Shown here one piece after another: positions 37,542 through 48,889 of a DNA stretch of 64,000 nucleotides (its first letter is position 1; each line of letters opens with the position of its first letter). Both the position numbers and the translations under genes were made by a program. Source of the stretch: Parcubacteria group bacterium (GTDB taxonomy: Bacteria; Patescibacteriota; Minisyncoccia; UBA6257; JACRHW01); contig JACRHW010000023.1 in assembly GCA_016217555.1 (NCBI GenBank), positions 466-64,465 of the forward strand, read 5' to 3'. Under the pieces are notes generated by a model. The model made no database searches, was not told the DNA's origin, and saw only the letters and a program-made list of their open reading frames with translations.

Positions 37542-38624
37542 CTATCTAGCCAATGCCTTTGCACATCTCAGATACAATGCGGCACTCCACAACTGTTCAC
37601 GACTTCCATGCCCTTCTTTATCAATAGGATCATACCACTCGAAAAATCCAGGAAGGGTGTTCCATTTTGCAAACTGAAGTTGCGCAAGATCTCGCATTCC
37701 AGCCTTGAATGCAGCAAGAATCATGAACCCATTGATAAAAGGCCAAATAATACCACGATGGTTGCTACGTTCCATAAGTATTGCTTCTTCGCTTGTTTTT
37801 GGTGGTAACGTCACACTATATAATACATATCCGCAAGAGGTGTTAAAATCTTCAGCTTTTTCAAAAATAAGCGGTATATATTCTGTCGGGGCGATATTAA
37901 AAAGGACGGCAAGTGCGTTGCCAAGAGTATCCCAATCGTCTGTGCCTGGATAGTCTCTATAGTGGGTTCCTGTCCAAAATCTTCGATTGATTTCTGATTT
38001 AATCCATTCCGCTTTTTCGCTGTCTCCACGCATGCGATACATTTGGTAAAGAAAGCAGTTGTTGGTCAAAACTGGTTTTTTATCAAGGTCGGGTCGTGTA
38101 TCACGCCAATCCACTCCACAAATCAGACCATCTCGAAGCAGGTGTGTTTCTATATATGAAATGGCTTTTTGGAGAGATGACTCGAGACGAAGCAAAAAAA
38201 TAGTACTACCCGTTCTTTCAACATATTTAAGAACCCCCAAAACAAATAACATTTCTGAATCTCGTGTCCAAGGACTAAGCCCCTCAACGCCTTCGCTGCT
38301 CAAAAATGCCTTGAGTAAAAAAGACATCCTTTTTTCGCGAAGACTATTACGAATTTTTATGCCCAACCATCGCCACATATCGTCGAGAAACATAATGGGA
38401 ATCTGTCCGTTGGGTTGTTGCCGCCTTGCAAGTTCCAAAAGATGATTTTTTACAATTTCTTCCCCTCCACTATCAAGAAGGATATCTATGCCTGCGATTA
38501 CAAAATCTCTCGTCCAACATTGTTCTTCATATCGAAAAGGACTTGCCCAAACACCACGTCTTCCGACACAACACCCGACAACACCACCGGCCTCGAGAAC
38601 TTTGCTAGTATCACCGAAGATCAT
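37542..38624 (-). CDS. Six-hairpin glycosidase (GH100/amylo-alpha-1,6-glucosidase-like)
   Basis: WTRD, QQPNGQIP, DWRD, IWPFING, FFEWYD, QLWSAA; GGGGAG before ATG 38624. Confidence 0.75.
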   Translation of the reverse strand: MIFGDTSKVLEAGGVVGCCVGRRGVWASPFRYEEQCWTRDFVIAGIDILLDSGGEEIVKNHLLELARRQQPNGQIPIMFLDDMWRWLGIKIRNSLREKRMSFLLKAFLSSEGVEGLSPWTRDSEMLFVLGVLKYVERTGSTIFLLRLESSLQKAISYIETHLLRDGLICGVDWRDTRPDLDKKPVLTNNCFLYQMYRMRGDSEKAEWIKSEINRRFWTGTHYRDYPGTDDWDTLGNALAVLFNIAPTEYIPLIFEKAEDFNTSCGYVLYSVTLPPKTSEEAILMERSNHRGIIWPFINGFMILAAFKAGMRDLAQLQFAKWNTLPGFFEWYDPIDKEGHGSREQLWSAALYLRCAKALAR

Positions 38625-38754
38625 AGTAACAACTCCCCCCATTTTAGTTTTCAAACTAGCAAGATTTCTCTTGCCATGTCTACGATTTTATACCATGACT
38701 ATAAAAAATTATGCAAATAAAAAACCGCCCAGTGGACGGTCGAGTTTTGTTGCC

Positions 38755-39066
38755 CTAATTCTTTTGATGCTCTTCTCTTACTGCCCTTCCGACGCATACC
38801 GCAAGACAAAAGATACTAAGAAAAGCCGTTGCATAAAAAATGAACACGACTGCCAATGCTAAACCAACTCCACCCATAACATCTCCTGCCTGAGTAGTTC
38901 TAATATCAGCCCAGCAATAAACAAGGTACGATGCGGCGAAAAGAGATATCAACGTAGTTATTTGAAAAAATCTTTTCGAAGCGAAATAGCCTGTACACAA
39001 ACCCCAAAAAAATACTGACAAGGGCAAGAAAGGAGAGAAGAGAAATTTCGTAAAGAGCTCCTCCAT
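38755..39066 (-). CDS. Small 3-TM hypothetical protein
   Basis: AGGAGG SD; hydrophobic 103 aa. Confidence 0.65.
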   Translation of the reverse strand: MEELFTKFLFSPFLPLSVFFWGLCTGYFASKRFFQITTLISLFAASYLVYCWADIRTTQAGDVMGGVGLALAVVFIFYATAFLSIFCLAVCVGRAVREEHQKN

Positions 39067-39251
39067 AAAGGTATCCTCCTATTTTCTTTGAACTAAAATA
39101 AGGATAGCGTAAGTTTTTAGAAATGTCCATCCAGCGTATTAAATATCTGACGATCGTTATGAATTTGATTATGTATAACCCAGCAGGTGGTATGATGCAT
39201 CATACCACCCCATGATCCATGCCCCGTGCCACACAATTCAAAGGCCATAGC

Positions 39252-40442
39252 CTATCGTTTTCCATATCGTACTGACCAGAAGCGAGAGACAAAAATTGCG
39301 AGAAAAGAATAGTAGAAAACTATAAACACAAGTGATGCATTCCCCAAACTAAAGTGGAGTAAAAGCGGTATGCGTGAAAAATAATGGATCACGCTTAGTT
39401 CGTATCCAATACAAAATGATGCCAACATACCTACCACGCTTCCCAAAAATGTGCTTATGAATCCAACAAGCCCTGTAAGAAATACAATAAGCATAGTAAA
39501 CGGGATTGCAAAAAGAATAAGAATGTTTGTTATAAAGGCGAGCAGAGAAAAAGAATGAAACGTTGTAATGAGAATAGGAAATGCCATGATTTGGCTTGCA
39601 AGCGTCGAATAAAATTGCGAACGCCAATCAAGAAACGATTTCCCCCCTCCCCATCTTTTCTCAAAGATTGGTGAAAGATAGGTAATGCCAAGTGTAGAAA
39701 GAAAGGAGAGTTGAAACCCAATATCAAGTGCCACCACGTCGGGATTAAAAAGTACCATTCCGAACGCTGCACATAAAATGGCCCTTCGAAAGTGATACCT
39801 TCTCCCTATGAATTGTGCAATGAGAAGAAGTTCCCCCATCACTGCTGCACGCACCAGTGACGCCTCCCCTCCTACCATAATAACGAAGAGAATAACAAGA
39901 ATGCTCGAAACAATAAGTGCAAGTTTTCTATGAAAACGCAAAAAAAGTAAAAAACCAAAAAGGTAGAGACTTATAACCGAAATATTAAATCCGGAAAGTG
40001 CAATGAGGTGTGTAGTCCCCGTTGCGCGCATTTCATTTAAAAGAGAGCTAGGGAGCCCTGCCTTACCCATGAGGAGAGAAACGCCAAAAGAAGCATAAGG
40101 CTCAGGCAGAGCGCGAGTAATATTTTGTGTAAACGCGTTTTTTGTGACAAGTAGATTATTATCTATTACATCGATAGTTTTCTTAATACCTTGTGGAAAT
40201 TGCCATTGCGACACCATAACTATTTGTCGATAAAGCATTGCTCCGGCAAGACATTGTAAGACGATGAGAATAAGTACGGTAGTTTTAAGTAGTTTTTTCT
40301 GCGTAAATAAAATGATGGCATCAATAGCGAAAAGGAAAATAAGATACCACACTATTTCACGCGCACCCAAAAAGGGAGCCACTAGGCTCCCTCCAATAAA
40401 TCCGATCAAAATAGTATCCACCTCCTCCTGAAATACCACCAT
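39252..40442 (-). CDS. comEC: ComEC/Rec2 competence channel (no beta-lactamase domain)
   Basis: GTTHLIALSGFNI, SLVRAAVM, DIGFQLSF. Confidence 0.92.
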   Translation of the reverse strand: MVVFQEEVDTILIGFIGGSLVAPFLGAREIVWYLIFLFAIDAIILFTQKKLLKTTVLILIVLQCLAGAMLYRQIVMVSQWQFPQGIKKTIDVIDNNLLVTKNAFTQNITRALPEPYASFGVSLLMGKAGLPSSLLNEMRATGTTHLIALSGFNISVISLYLFGFLLFLRFHRKLALIVSSILVILFVIMVGGEASLVRAAVMGELLLIAQFIGRRYHFRRAILCAAFGMVLFNPDVVALDIGFQLSFLSTLGITYLSPIFEKRWGGGKSFLDWRSQFYSTLASQIMAFPILITTFHSFSLLAFITNILILFAIPFTMLIVFLTGLVGFISTFLGSVVGMLASFCIGYELSVIHYFSRIPLLLHFSLGNASLVFIVFYYSFLAIFVSRFWSVRYGKR

Positions 40443-40453
40443 AAAACATTTAT

Positions 40454-41737
40454 TTAGTACTCCTCGAGTTTACCAATCTCATCGTGATCGCGAATTTTAC
40501 TTAACGCCTTCGCTTCAATTTGACGAATACGTTCACGTGTCACGCCAAACTCTTTTCCCACCTCCTCAAGCGTGTGTGTAATACCATCATCGAGTCCAAA
40601 TCGCATCCCCAAAATTTTTTGCTCGCGAGGAGTGAGATCACGAAGAATTTCAGCAAGCTTGTCCCTCAAAAGACGTTGTGCCGCAGACTGTACAGGAGTT
40701 ATGGTTTTCTCATCCTTGATAAATTCACCAAGTGTTGAGTCCTTATCATCATCACCTACGGGCGATTCAAGCGACACCGTCTCCTGTGAAATTTTCATGA
40801 TATGGTGCGCCTTATCGATATCAATACCCATTTCTGATGCAATCTCTGCCGGTAGCGGTTCCCGTCCCAAGTCTTGTTGGAGGCGGCGCTTTACCTGAAG
40901 AAACTTCGAAATCGTTTCAACCATGTGGACTGGAATACGAATAGTACGCGCCTGATCAGCCAAAGCACGCGTAATTGCCTGCCTAATCCACCATGTTGCA
41001 TAGGTTGAAAACTTGAACCCTCTTCGATAATCAAACTTATCTACCGCACGCGAAAGCCCAATATTCCCCTCTTGAATGAGATCAAGGAGTGTAAGATGTG
41101 GACTGCGACCTACATATTTTTTTGCAAAAGAAACCACGAGCTTAAGGTTTGCCTGGATAAGTTTCTGGCGCGCCTCCTCATCGCCCGCCTCGATACGTTT
41201 TGCAAATGCTTTTTCTTCATCCCCAGTAAGAAGCGGAATCTTTCCTATCTCCCGAAGATATGCCTGCACCGCATCCGAAAGTTCCATGCCTGGGGGAATT
41301 TCTGTAGCTCGATTAAGTTCCTCTTTTGAAATCTCCTCTTGTTGCTGTAACTCAAGAAATTCACGCGCCTCAATTACCTCAATATTCGCCTTCTCAAAAG
41401 ATTCATAAAGCTCCTCGAGAAGCACAAGATCGGTTTCAACACGTGGAAAATAATGCAAAATCTCTGACTCGGTCACAAATCCACGCTCTCTCCCGCGTCG
41501 CATAAGTTCCTCAACAAGTTGCTGTTTCTTCTCTGGAGTAAGTTTTTCGTATACTTCGGCGGGTGCACCTTTTTGCTCCGAAGAACGTGCCTCCTTTCGC
41601 GCATCTGCTGTACGCTTTAAATTTTTAACTTTATGCGTAGAAGAAGTTTTATGCACCACCTGTTTATGCCTATTCGGTTTTGATTTTATGGAAGAAGTTT
41701 TTTTAATTGTTTTCTTCTGTTTTTTTACCTTTGGCAT
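40454..41737 (-). CDS. rpoD: Primary sigma factor with a Lys-rich N-terminus
   Basis: [54 protein letters not shown]. Confidence 0.97.
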   Translation of the reverse strand: MPKVKKQKKTIKKTSSIKSKPNRHKQVVHKTSSTHKVKNLKRTADARKEARSSEQKGAPAEVYEKLTPEKKQQLVEELMRRGRERGFVTESEILHYFPRVETDLVLLEELYESFEKANIEVIEAREFLELQQQEEISKEELNRATEIPPGMELSDAVQAYLREIGKIPLLTGDEEKAFAKRIEAGDEEARQKLIQANLKLVVSFAKKYVGRSPHLTLLDLIQEGNIGLSRAVDKFDYRRGFKFSTYATWWIRQAITRALADQARTIRIPVHMVETISKFLQVKRRLQQDLGREPLPAEIASEMGIDIDKAHHIMKISQETVSLESPVGDDDKDSTLGEFIKDEKTITPVQSAAQRLLRDKLAEILRDLTPREQKILGMRFGLDDGITHTLEEVGKEFGVTRERIRQIEAKALSKIRDHDEIGKLEEY

Positions 41738-41785
41738 ACTTGTTTTGGAAATTAGTAATTAAAAATTAGATTCCATAGCATACCA

Positions 41786-43579
41786 CTATTGTTTCTCTAA
41801 TTCAACCTTTTGCAAATCGGCAAGAAGAAGGGAGATTTCATGAAGTCGCACAGCAACGCCCGCCTCATCACCCTCCTTCTCGAGCATATTAATTTCTGCA
41901 TTTTTTTGTTTAATACGTTCATGAATTGCCTCAAGTTTATATTCCCGTACTACTCGCACAAGTTCATCCTCCCAAGACGTCTCACCAAGAAAAGATTCTA
42001 AGTAGCTCTTCATAAGTATAATTTTTGGATCAACATCTTTCTGACCAAACGTATTATCTTTAAAACTAGGCAACATTTTCTTATGTGTCCCGTGTGCATA
42101 CTCTTCAAGTGTCACAAGTGTAGGGGCAAGTTCTGGCTTATACATTACAAGGGTCACAATCTCATCAAAAAGGAGATCAAGCCGACCAAGTATTGCAATA
42201 TGTCGTTCCTGTACTGGAGAAGTCACCACCTCATCTCTACGATACCCATTTTCACTCTCATATGCCTTTTTCCGCATTATTTCTTCAAGGTCGCGCCGCA
42301 AATCGTCTATACTTACTCGCGCCGCATCTGCAACAGTATTTAACCAATGACCACGTTCTGTAGCAGAAGCAATTGTCGCTACCTTCTCCAAAAACGCCCG
42401 TACTGCTATAAATTTTTTTTGTGCGCCATCACCATCTAACCCCTTAAGAATTATTGGTGTAAGCAGGGTGTGAAAAAAATAATCAGTTGCAGGAATACTT
42501 TCTTTTTCAAATACCTCTGGCGTAACTGATTTCCCTATAAAATACTCGCCAGGATCTTTTCCCTCAAGGATGCGCACAATGCGTGGTTCAAATCCGGCAA
42601 ACTGCGCCATTTCAATTGCACGTTCCGTTGCATGTTGCCCTGCGATATCTGCATCAAAAACAAATATCAAACGCTTGGTGAGATATTTAAGCTGAGTCAA
42701 GTGTTCCTGCGTCATCGCCGTTCCGGAGGTTGCAACCACATTTTTAAGCCCCGCTTGATAACTCATCAAAAAATCCATCTGCCCCTCCACAAATACACAT
42801 GCGTTCTGTTCCCGTATTGCATGCTTCGTAGTTGAAAATCCATAAAGCAACTTGCTCTTATTAAAAATAGCCGTCTCGGGAGTATTCACATACTTCCCCT
42901 CCCGCTCTCCACGCTCTTTAAGACGAATTGCATCGGTCTCAAAAATTCTCCCCGTAAACCCAACTGTCCTCCCCAAGCGATCCTCGATCGGAAACATAAT
43001 ACGTCCTCGAAATCGATCATGGGTATCACCCCCTTTTCTCAAAAACAATCCTGCCGCCTCGCCTTTTTCAATCGGGATACGCCGAGAGATAAAATACTTC
43101 TTTAATAGCTCGGATTGAGAGGGAATATACCCAAGCTTAAACTCACGTATCGTCTCCTCCTTGAGTCCTCTCTTCGTAAGATAATCGAGTGCATCTTTTC
43201 CTGCTGGGCTAAAAAGAATTGCTGAAAAATACTGCGCCGCAAAGTCACAAATGCCATACAAATCTTTATCAATCTGTGCATACGACCCACGCCGATAGTC
43301 ATCGAGCGTCACCCCCGCCTTATCTGCCAAAATACGGAGTGCCTCAGGAAACTCGATATTCTCAAACTTTATTAAAAACCCAAAGGCATCACCTCCTACT
43401 CCACATCCAAAACAATGCCAAATCTGCTTTTCAGGAGAGACAAAAAACGAAGGCGACTTCTCCTTATGAAAAGGACACGCCCCCTTATAATTAATCCCTG
43501 CCTTAGTAAGTTTGATATATCCTTGCAAAAAACTTACTAAATCAAGCCGCTCTTTGATTGTCTCCGTTGGTGAATTCAT
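41786..43579 (-). CDS. dnaG: DNA primase
   Basis: CPFH..CFGC zinc finger, DRFRGRIMFP, KYVNTPET, EGQMD, FDADIAG. Confidence 0.97.
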   Translation of the reverse strand: MNSPTETIKERLDLVSFLQGYIKLTKAGINYKGACPFHKEKSPSFFVSPEKQIWHCFGCGVGGDAFGFLIKFENIEFPEALRILADKAGVTLDDYRRGSYAQIDKDLYGICDFAAQYFSAILFSPAGKDALDYLTKRGLKEETIREFKLGYIPSQSELLKKYFISRRIPIEKGEAAGLFLRKGGDTHDRFRGRIMFPIEDRLGRTVGFTGRIFETDAIRLKERGEREGKYVNTPETAIFNKSKLLYGFSTTKHAIREQNACVFVEGQMDFLMSYQAGLKNVVATSGTAMTQEHLTQLKYLTKRLIFVFDADIAGQHATERAIEMAQFAGFEPRIVRILEGKDPGEYFIGKSVTPEVFEKESIPATDYFFHTLLTPIILKGLDGDGAQKKFIAVRAFLEKVATIASATERGHWLNTVADAARVSIDDLRRDLEEIMRKKAYESENGYRRDEVVTSPVQERHIAILGRLDLLFDEIVTLVMYKPELAPTLVTLEEYAHGTHKKMLPSFKDNTFGQKDVDPKIILMKSYLESFLGETSWEDELVRVVREYKLEAIHERIKQKNAEINMLEKEGDEAGVAVRLHEISLLLADLQKVELEKQ

Positions 43580-43774
43580 AGTTTTATACTACGCAATCTC
43601 TAAAAGAGTTGCAAAACATAAAAACAAGCCTACCATACCATCCTAACACCTAGAAGCTAAAAGCTAACCCCTCGTTCATTATCCCACAATCAAAAATCCC
43701 CATACTCTTGCTAAAAATTACAAACCATGCTAACCTATCTACAGCCCATTTACAACAAGAAGGGGGGTGAACAC

Positions 43775-44125
43775 ATGAAGATCAACTGGAGAAACTTTTT
43801 TATTCTCTCGTTCAACCTACTCATAGGTCTCGTAGGTATGGTTATCTTTAGCACGATCATGTTTATATCTGGTATCTCTCACCCCAGTAGTCTCATCTTT
43901 GCTTATCTTATGGGATCATTGATCTTGATCGGATGGTTCAGTCCAAGTATTTTTAAGTAGGTACTCAATACTCGTTTTGTACTTGCAACCATAGTAGTAA
44001 CGTTTCTCCTATTAGGTCTGTCTGGATATTCTGTATACGATACCTATATTCAAGTTCAAGTAGTAGTCACTTCATTGGTGCTCGGACTGATACTTTGTCC
44101 ACCAATATTTGAAAAGAAGAACTAA
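43775..44125 (+). pseudogene. Small membrane protein with two repeat units, interrupted by TAG at 43958-43960
   Basis: GGGGGGTG SD; MKINWRNFFI...SPSIFK*; the frame stays open for 54 codons ending PPIFEKKN; terminator at 44139-44167. Confidence 0.6.
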
Positions 44126-44298
44126 AAATGTAAGCCCCAAAGCCCTTGCGCATCGCAAGGCTTTTTTATTTCCCCCGCTATGCCACGGCATAGTGCCATT
44201 TCCTTCTTCAGCACTATGCGACCACATAGTGGACATCGTTGTATAGCCATGATATTAAGACACTAGTTCCGTAAAAATAAAATGTGGGGTGGATACAC

Positions 44299-44487
44299 AT
44301 GAAAATTATCTGGAAAAATTTTTTTATTAGCTCCTGTCTTATGTTTATAAACATAGCTATCGTGCACATTATGCTGGCCCCATTAAAAATTCCTGCTGCA
44401 GACGTTTCTTTTACCGCCATAATTACGTCGGTATTAGTTAGTCTGTTTGTCGGTCCACCCATGTTTGAAAAACAAATTAAAAAATAA
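44299..44487 (+). CDS. Small 2-TM protein, paralog of the 43775 ORF
   Basis: MKIIWKNFFI...PPMFEKQIKK; terminator at 44491-44521. Confidence 0.7.
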   Translation: MKIIWKNFFISSCLMFINIAIVHIMLAPLKIPAADVSFTAIITSVLVSLFVGPPMFEKQIKK

Positions 44488-44550
44488 ACCAAAAGACCAT
44501 GCGTAATGCAAGGTCTTTTTTCGTTCAATTCTGCTATTAGCTAGTTTGGT

Positions 44551-44673
44551 AGGGCATACGCATTTGGATGCAGTACAAGGAAAACGCGAGGAACGGAGTA
44601 AGCTGTATTTCAGATGATACAGCGTCGAGTACTAGAGCGTTTGACGAAGTAGTGCGCCGAATGCGTATGTTCT
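44551..44673 (+). repeat. Structured ~120-nt element downstream of groEL
   Basis: 17-bp terminal stem AGGGCATACGCATTTGG/CCGAATGCGTATGTTCT and internal stems; left end repeated at 5708-5734. Confidence 0.65.
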
Positions 44674-44675
44674 CT

Positions 44676-46446
<1,771 letters not shown>

Positions 46447-46447
46447 C

Positions 46448-46741
46448 TTATTCTGCTAATACTGCGAGGATTTCACTCTCTCGCACGACAAGATATTCTT
46501 TTTGATCGACCTTAACTTCATTAGGAGCATATTTGGTAAAAAGGATCATATCGCCCTTCTTTACGCTCATGGGAATAAGTTCACCCTTCTCACTCACCTT
46601 ACCAGGACCTACGGCTACCACCTTCCCACGCATAGGTTTTTCCTTATCGGCCGTGTCGGGTAAGACAATACCGCTTTTTGTCTTTGCCTCCTCCTTTGCG
46701 GATTCTACAAAGACATGATCAGACAATGGCTGGATCTTCAT
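46448..46741 (-). CDS. groS: Co-chaperonin GroES
   Basis: PLSDHV, TKSGIVLPD, AVGPG, EILA. Confidence 0.98.
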   Translation of the reverse strand: MKIQPLSDHVFVESAKEEAKTKSGIVLPDTADKEKPMRGKVVAVGPGKVSEKGELIPMSVKKGDMILFTKYAPNEVKVDQKEYLVVRESEILAVLAE

Positions 46742-46742
46742 A

Positions 46743-46809
46743 TTTTAGCTTTTAGCTTTTAGCTTTTAGCTTTTAGGAACCCCTAACGAACTAACACACT
46801 AAAACCTAA
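46743..46809. repeat. Inverted heptamer-repeat hairpin in the groES leader
   Basis: (TTTTAGC)x4 TTTTAGG-AACC-CCTAACGAACTAACACACTAAAACCTAA. Confidence 0.8.
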
Positions 46810-46828
46810 TAGTCTTTTAAATTTGTAA

Positions 46829-46855
46829 TTGGCACTCTCGACATATGAGTGCTAA
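46829..46855 (-). promoter_or_regulatory. CIRCE operator (HrcA site) for groESL
   Basis: TTAGCACTC-N9-GAGTGCCAA on the minus strand, one mismatch to consensus. Confidence 0.93.
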
Positions 46856-46858
46856 ATG

Positions 46859-46888
46859 ATTGTAGTTCAAGATATGGTCTCCTGTCAA
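46859..46888 (-). promoter_or_regulatory. sigma70 promoter of groESL
   Basis: TTGACA-N18-TACAAT immediately upstream of CIRCE. Confidence 0.7.
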
Positions 46889-47440
46889 CAAAAAAATAAA
46901 GTAACAAATATGAGGAACCCCTCGACCTTGCTCGGAGTCTTTTTTGCTTTTTAAAAAGCAAAAAAGAAAACCGCCCCAAGGAACGGTTCACAATAATTAC
47001 TTCTTATAGGGACTCTTCAGATACGCCAACACATTTTTCGGATCCGCCCACTTTTCCACAAAAGGCAAACATAGATCGCCAGAACCAAGTCCCACATTAT
47101 CACGAATACTGTCATTCGTAAAAAAAATTCTAACCCCATTAAGTTGTCGCGAAATTTCCCGAGCAACATTATGATTTTTGGAACAAGCTTGACTAAATCG
47201 GTAAACAATATAAAGTCAAAGATTGCCCTTGCAGAAGAAAATCAAAGAACTCTTTTATCACCTCCTTTTACTCACGATCGTGAGTAAAAGGAGGTTGGAA
47301 GTTTTGTTTAGCGCATGCAAAACTCCCACGCGTATGAACGACGTAACGAGAGCGGAAGTTGCACGAAAGAACACGGCGCTGGAATGACAGCTAAGTAAAA
47401 TACAAAGAGAGCGTTATGCTCTCCTGACTATTTAAAACTA

Positions 47441-47819
47441 TTACTTAAAATTCTTAAAAAGATTAGAAAAAAAAGTTTGAAACTCCTTTTCTCCTATAGT
47501 AAAACTTGGTGCATAAAAAGATCTTGGAGGTGTCCAATCACGTACAATTTTTGCGCATGCTTCGAGGAGCGTCATATCACCAAAGAGAATTTTCCATTCT
47601 TCGTTATTTTTTATTTTAAAAAGATCCTCTTGGCGAAATCGATGTAATGTGTAGAGAAGTTGAATTACTTCATATGGGGTAAGATTTACAAAAAGAGCGT
47701 GCCATGTGGTATGAAGCTTGCCATGAATCCTTTTTATGTTTCGTTTGTCGCTCTTCTTTGTTATCCCAAGTTACCGACTTCTTGGAATGAGATGATGACT
47801 TGTCTTTACCAAAAACCAT
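47441..47819 (-). pseudogene. Degraded HNH-like gene
   Basis: SHHLIPRSR*LGITKKSDKRNIKRIHGKLHTTWHALFVNLTPYEVI; stop at 47771-47773 and a frame change near 47610; GGGGGGTG SD; hairpin at about 47407-47423. Confidence 0.6.
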
Positions 47820-47911
47820 CACCCCCCTTCTTTTCCTTACAATTTTCAAACCAGAGCCTACTCTAAAAATATCAAAGTTTTAATGGTTGTGCAACACACC
47901 ACTCCATACGT

Positions 47912-48889
47912 TTACCATAATTTTGTAAAATAGTTTTTGAGAATTTCTTTGAGACGTGCATGGCGTTTTTCAAGATTGGGGTGAAGGTTAAGTTCGTGCG
48001 GTGTCGCAAATAAATTTTGTTCCTCTGGAATTCTTTTCTTTTGCCATTCATACATATTTTTTTCAAGAACATCCCCCATACGTCCGCAAAAAATGAATTC
48101 TAGGAATGCGCGGATAGGATTCCAAGAATACACAACACGTGGACGTTCGGAGTAGCGGACACGTTCTTCAAACGAGGAGCGGAAAAAATAATCACGAATC
48201 CATTCATTTGCCTGGAAAAAATGATTTATAAGTGTTTCGTCACGCATGTACACAGGAACAAGTCGTGTATAAAGAAACATCCCCTCTACAAGCCGATCTT
48301 TCATAACAAGTGAACTCGAAGAGAGATAGTGATTAAGACATATCTTATTCTTTATCTCGATATCTGTATGTTTTGGTTTTCTTCGAATACCAAGCATATC
48401 AAAAAAAATAACGGAAAAAAGTCGTAAGGTATACAAACGATTAGGCTGACTAATTACCAGAAAGTCAAAATCAGAATTCTCGCGCACCGTACCCGCCGCC
48501 AAGGAACCAGAGACGAAAACGCCTTGAATAAACGGGAGGAAACGAAAAAGTGATACATGTTTTTTTACCCCCCTCCATTTCTGATCAAGAATACCATCCG
48601 TTGCAATACGATAAGCACCAAATACTTTATGGGTATTTTGAAGAAAAGAAAAAAAGTAAAAACCATGCTCTTCGCGAACAATACCAAGACCCTTGAGTTG
48701 GTCCAACACATCGAGAATATCTGCATACGATATATCTCGTTCCGCACACGTGGTCACCAGCCGTGGCTTGAGGAGAGAGGAGAAAAGTTCAAACGAAGTA
48801 GGATAAATTTTTAATGCATTGAAACAAGTAAGGGTGGTAAGGAGGGCCTCCTCGAGAGAAGAAAACGTATGCTTCGCTATCATTGTCAT
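47912..48889 (-). CDS. Pol-beta-like nucleotidyltransferase domain protein
   Basis: VSGSLA......SDFDFLVI (GS-DxD); KICLNH. Confidence 0.8.
   Translation of the reverse strand: MTMIAKHTFSSLEEALLTTLTCFNALKIYPTSFELFSSLLKPRLVTTCAERDISYADILDVLDQLKGLGIVREEHGFYFFSFLQNTHKVFGAYRIATDGILDQKWRGVKKHVSLFRFLPFIQGVFVSGSLAAGTVRENSDFDFLVISQPNRLYTLRLFSVIFFDMLGIRRKPKHTDIEIKNKICLNHYLSSSSLVMKDRLVEGMFLYTRLVPVYMRDETLINHFFQANEWIRDYFFRSSFEERVRYSERPRVVYSWNPIRAFLEFIFCGRMGDVLEKNMYEWQKKRIPEEQNLFATPHELNLHPNLEKRHARLKEILKNYFTKLW

Noticed and set aside
43958-43960. Genome-wide stop-codon reassignment
   Set aside because: TAG ends groEL, dnaK and rpiB, and TGA ends dus and rmuC, at expected positions; standard code 11 fits.
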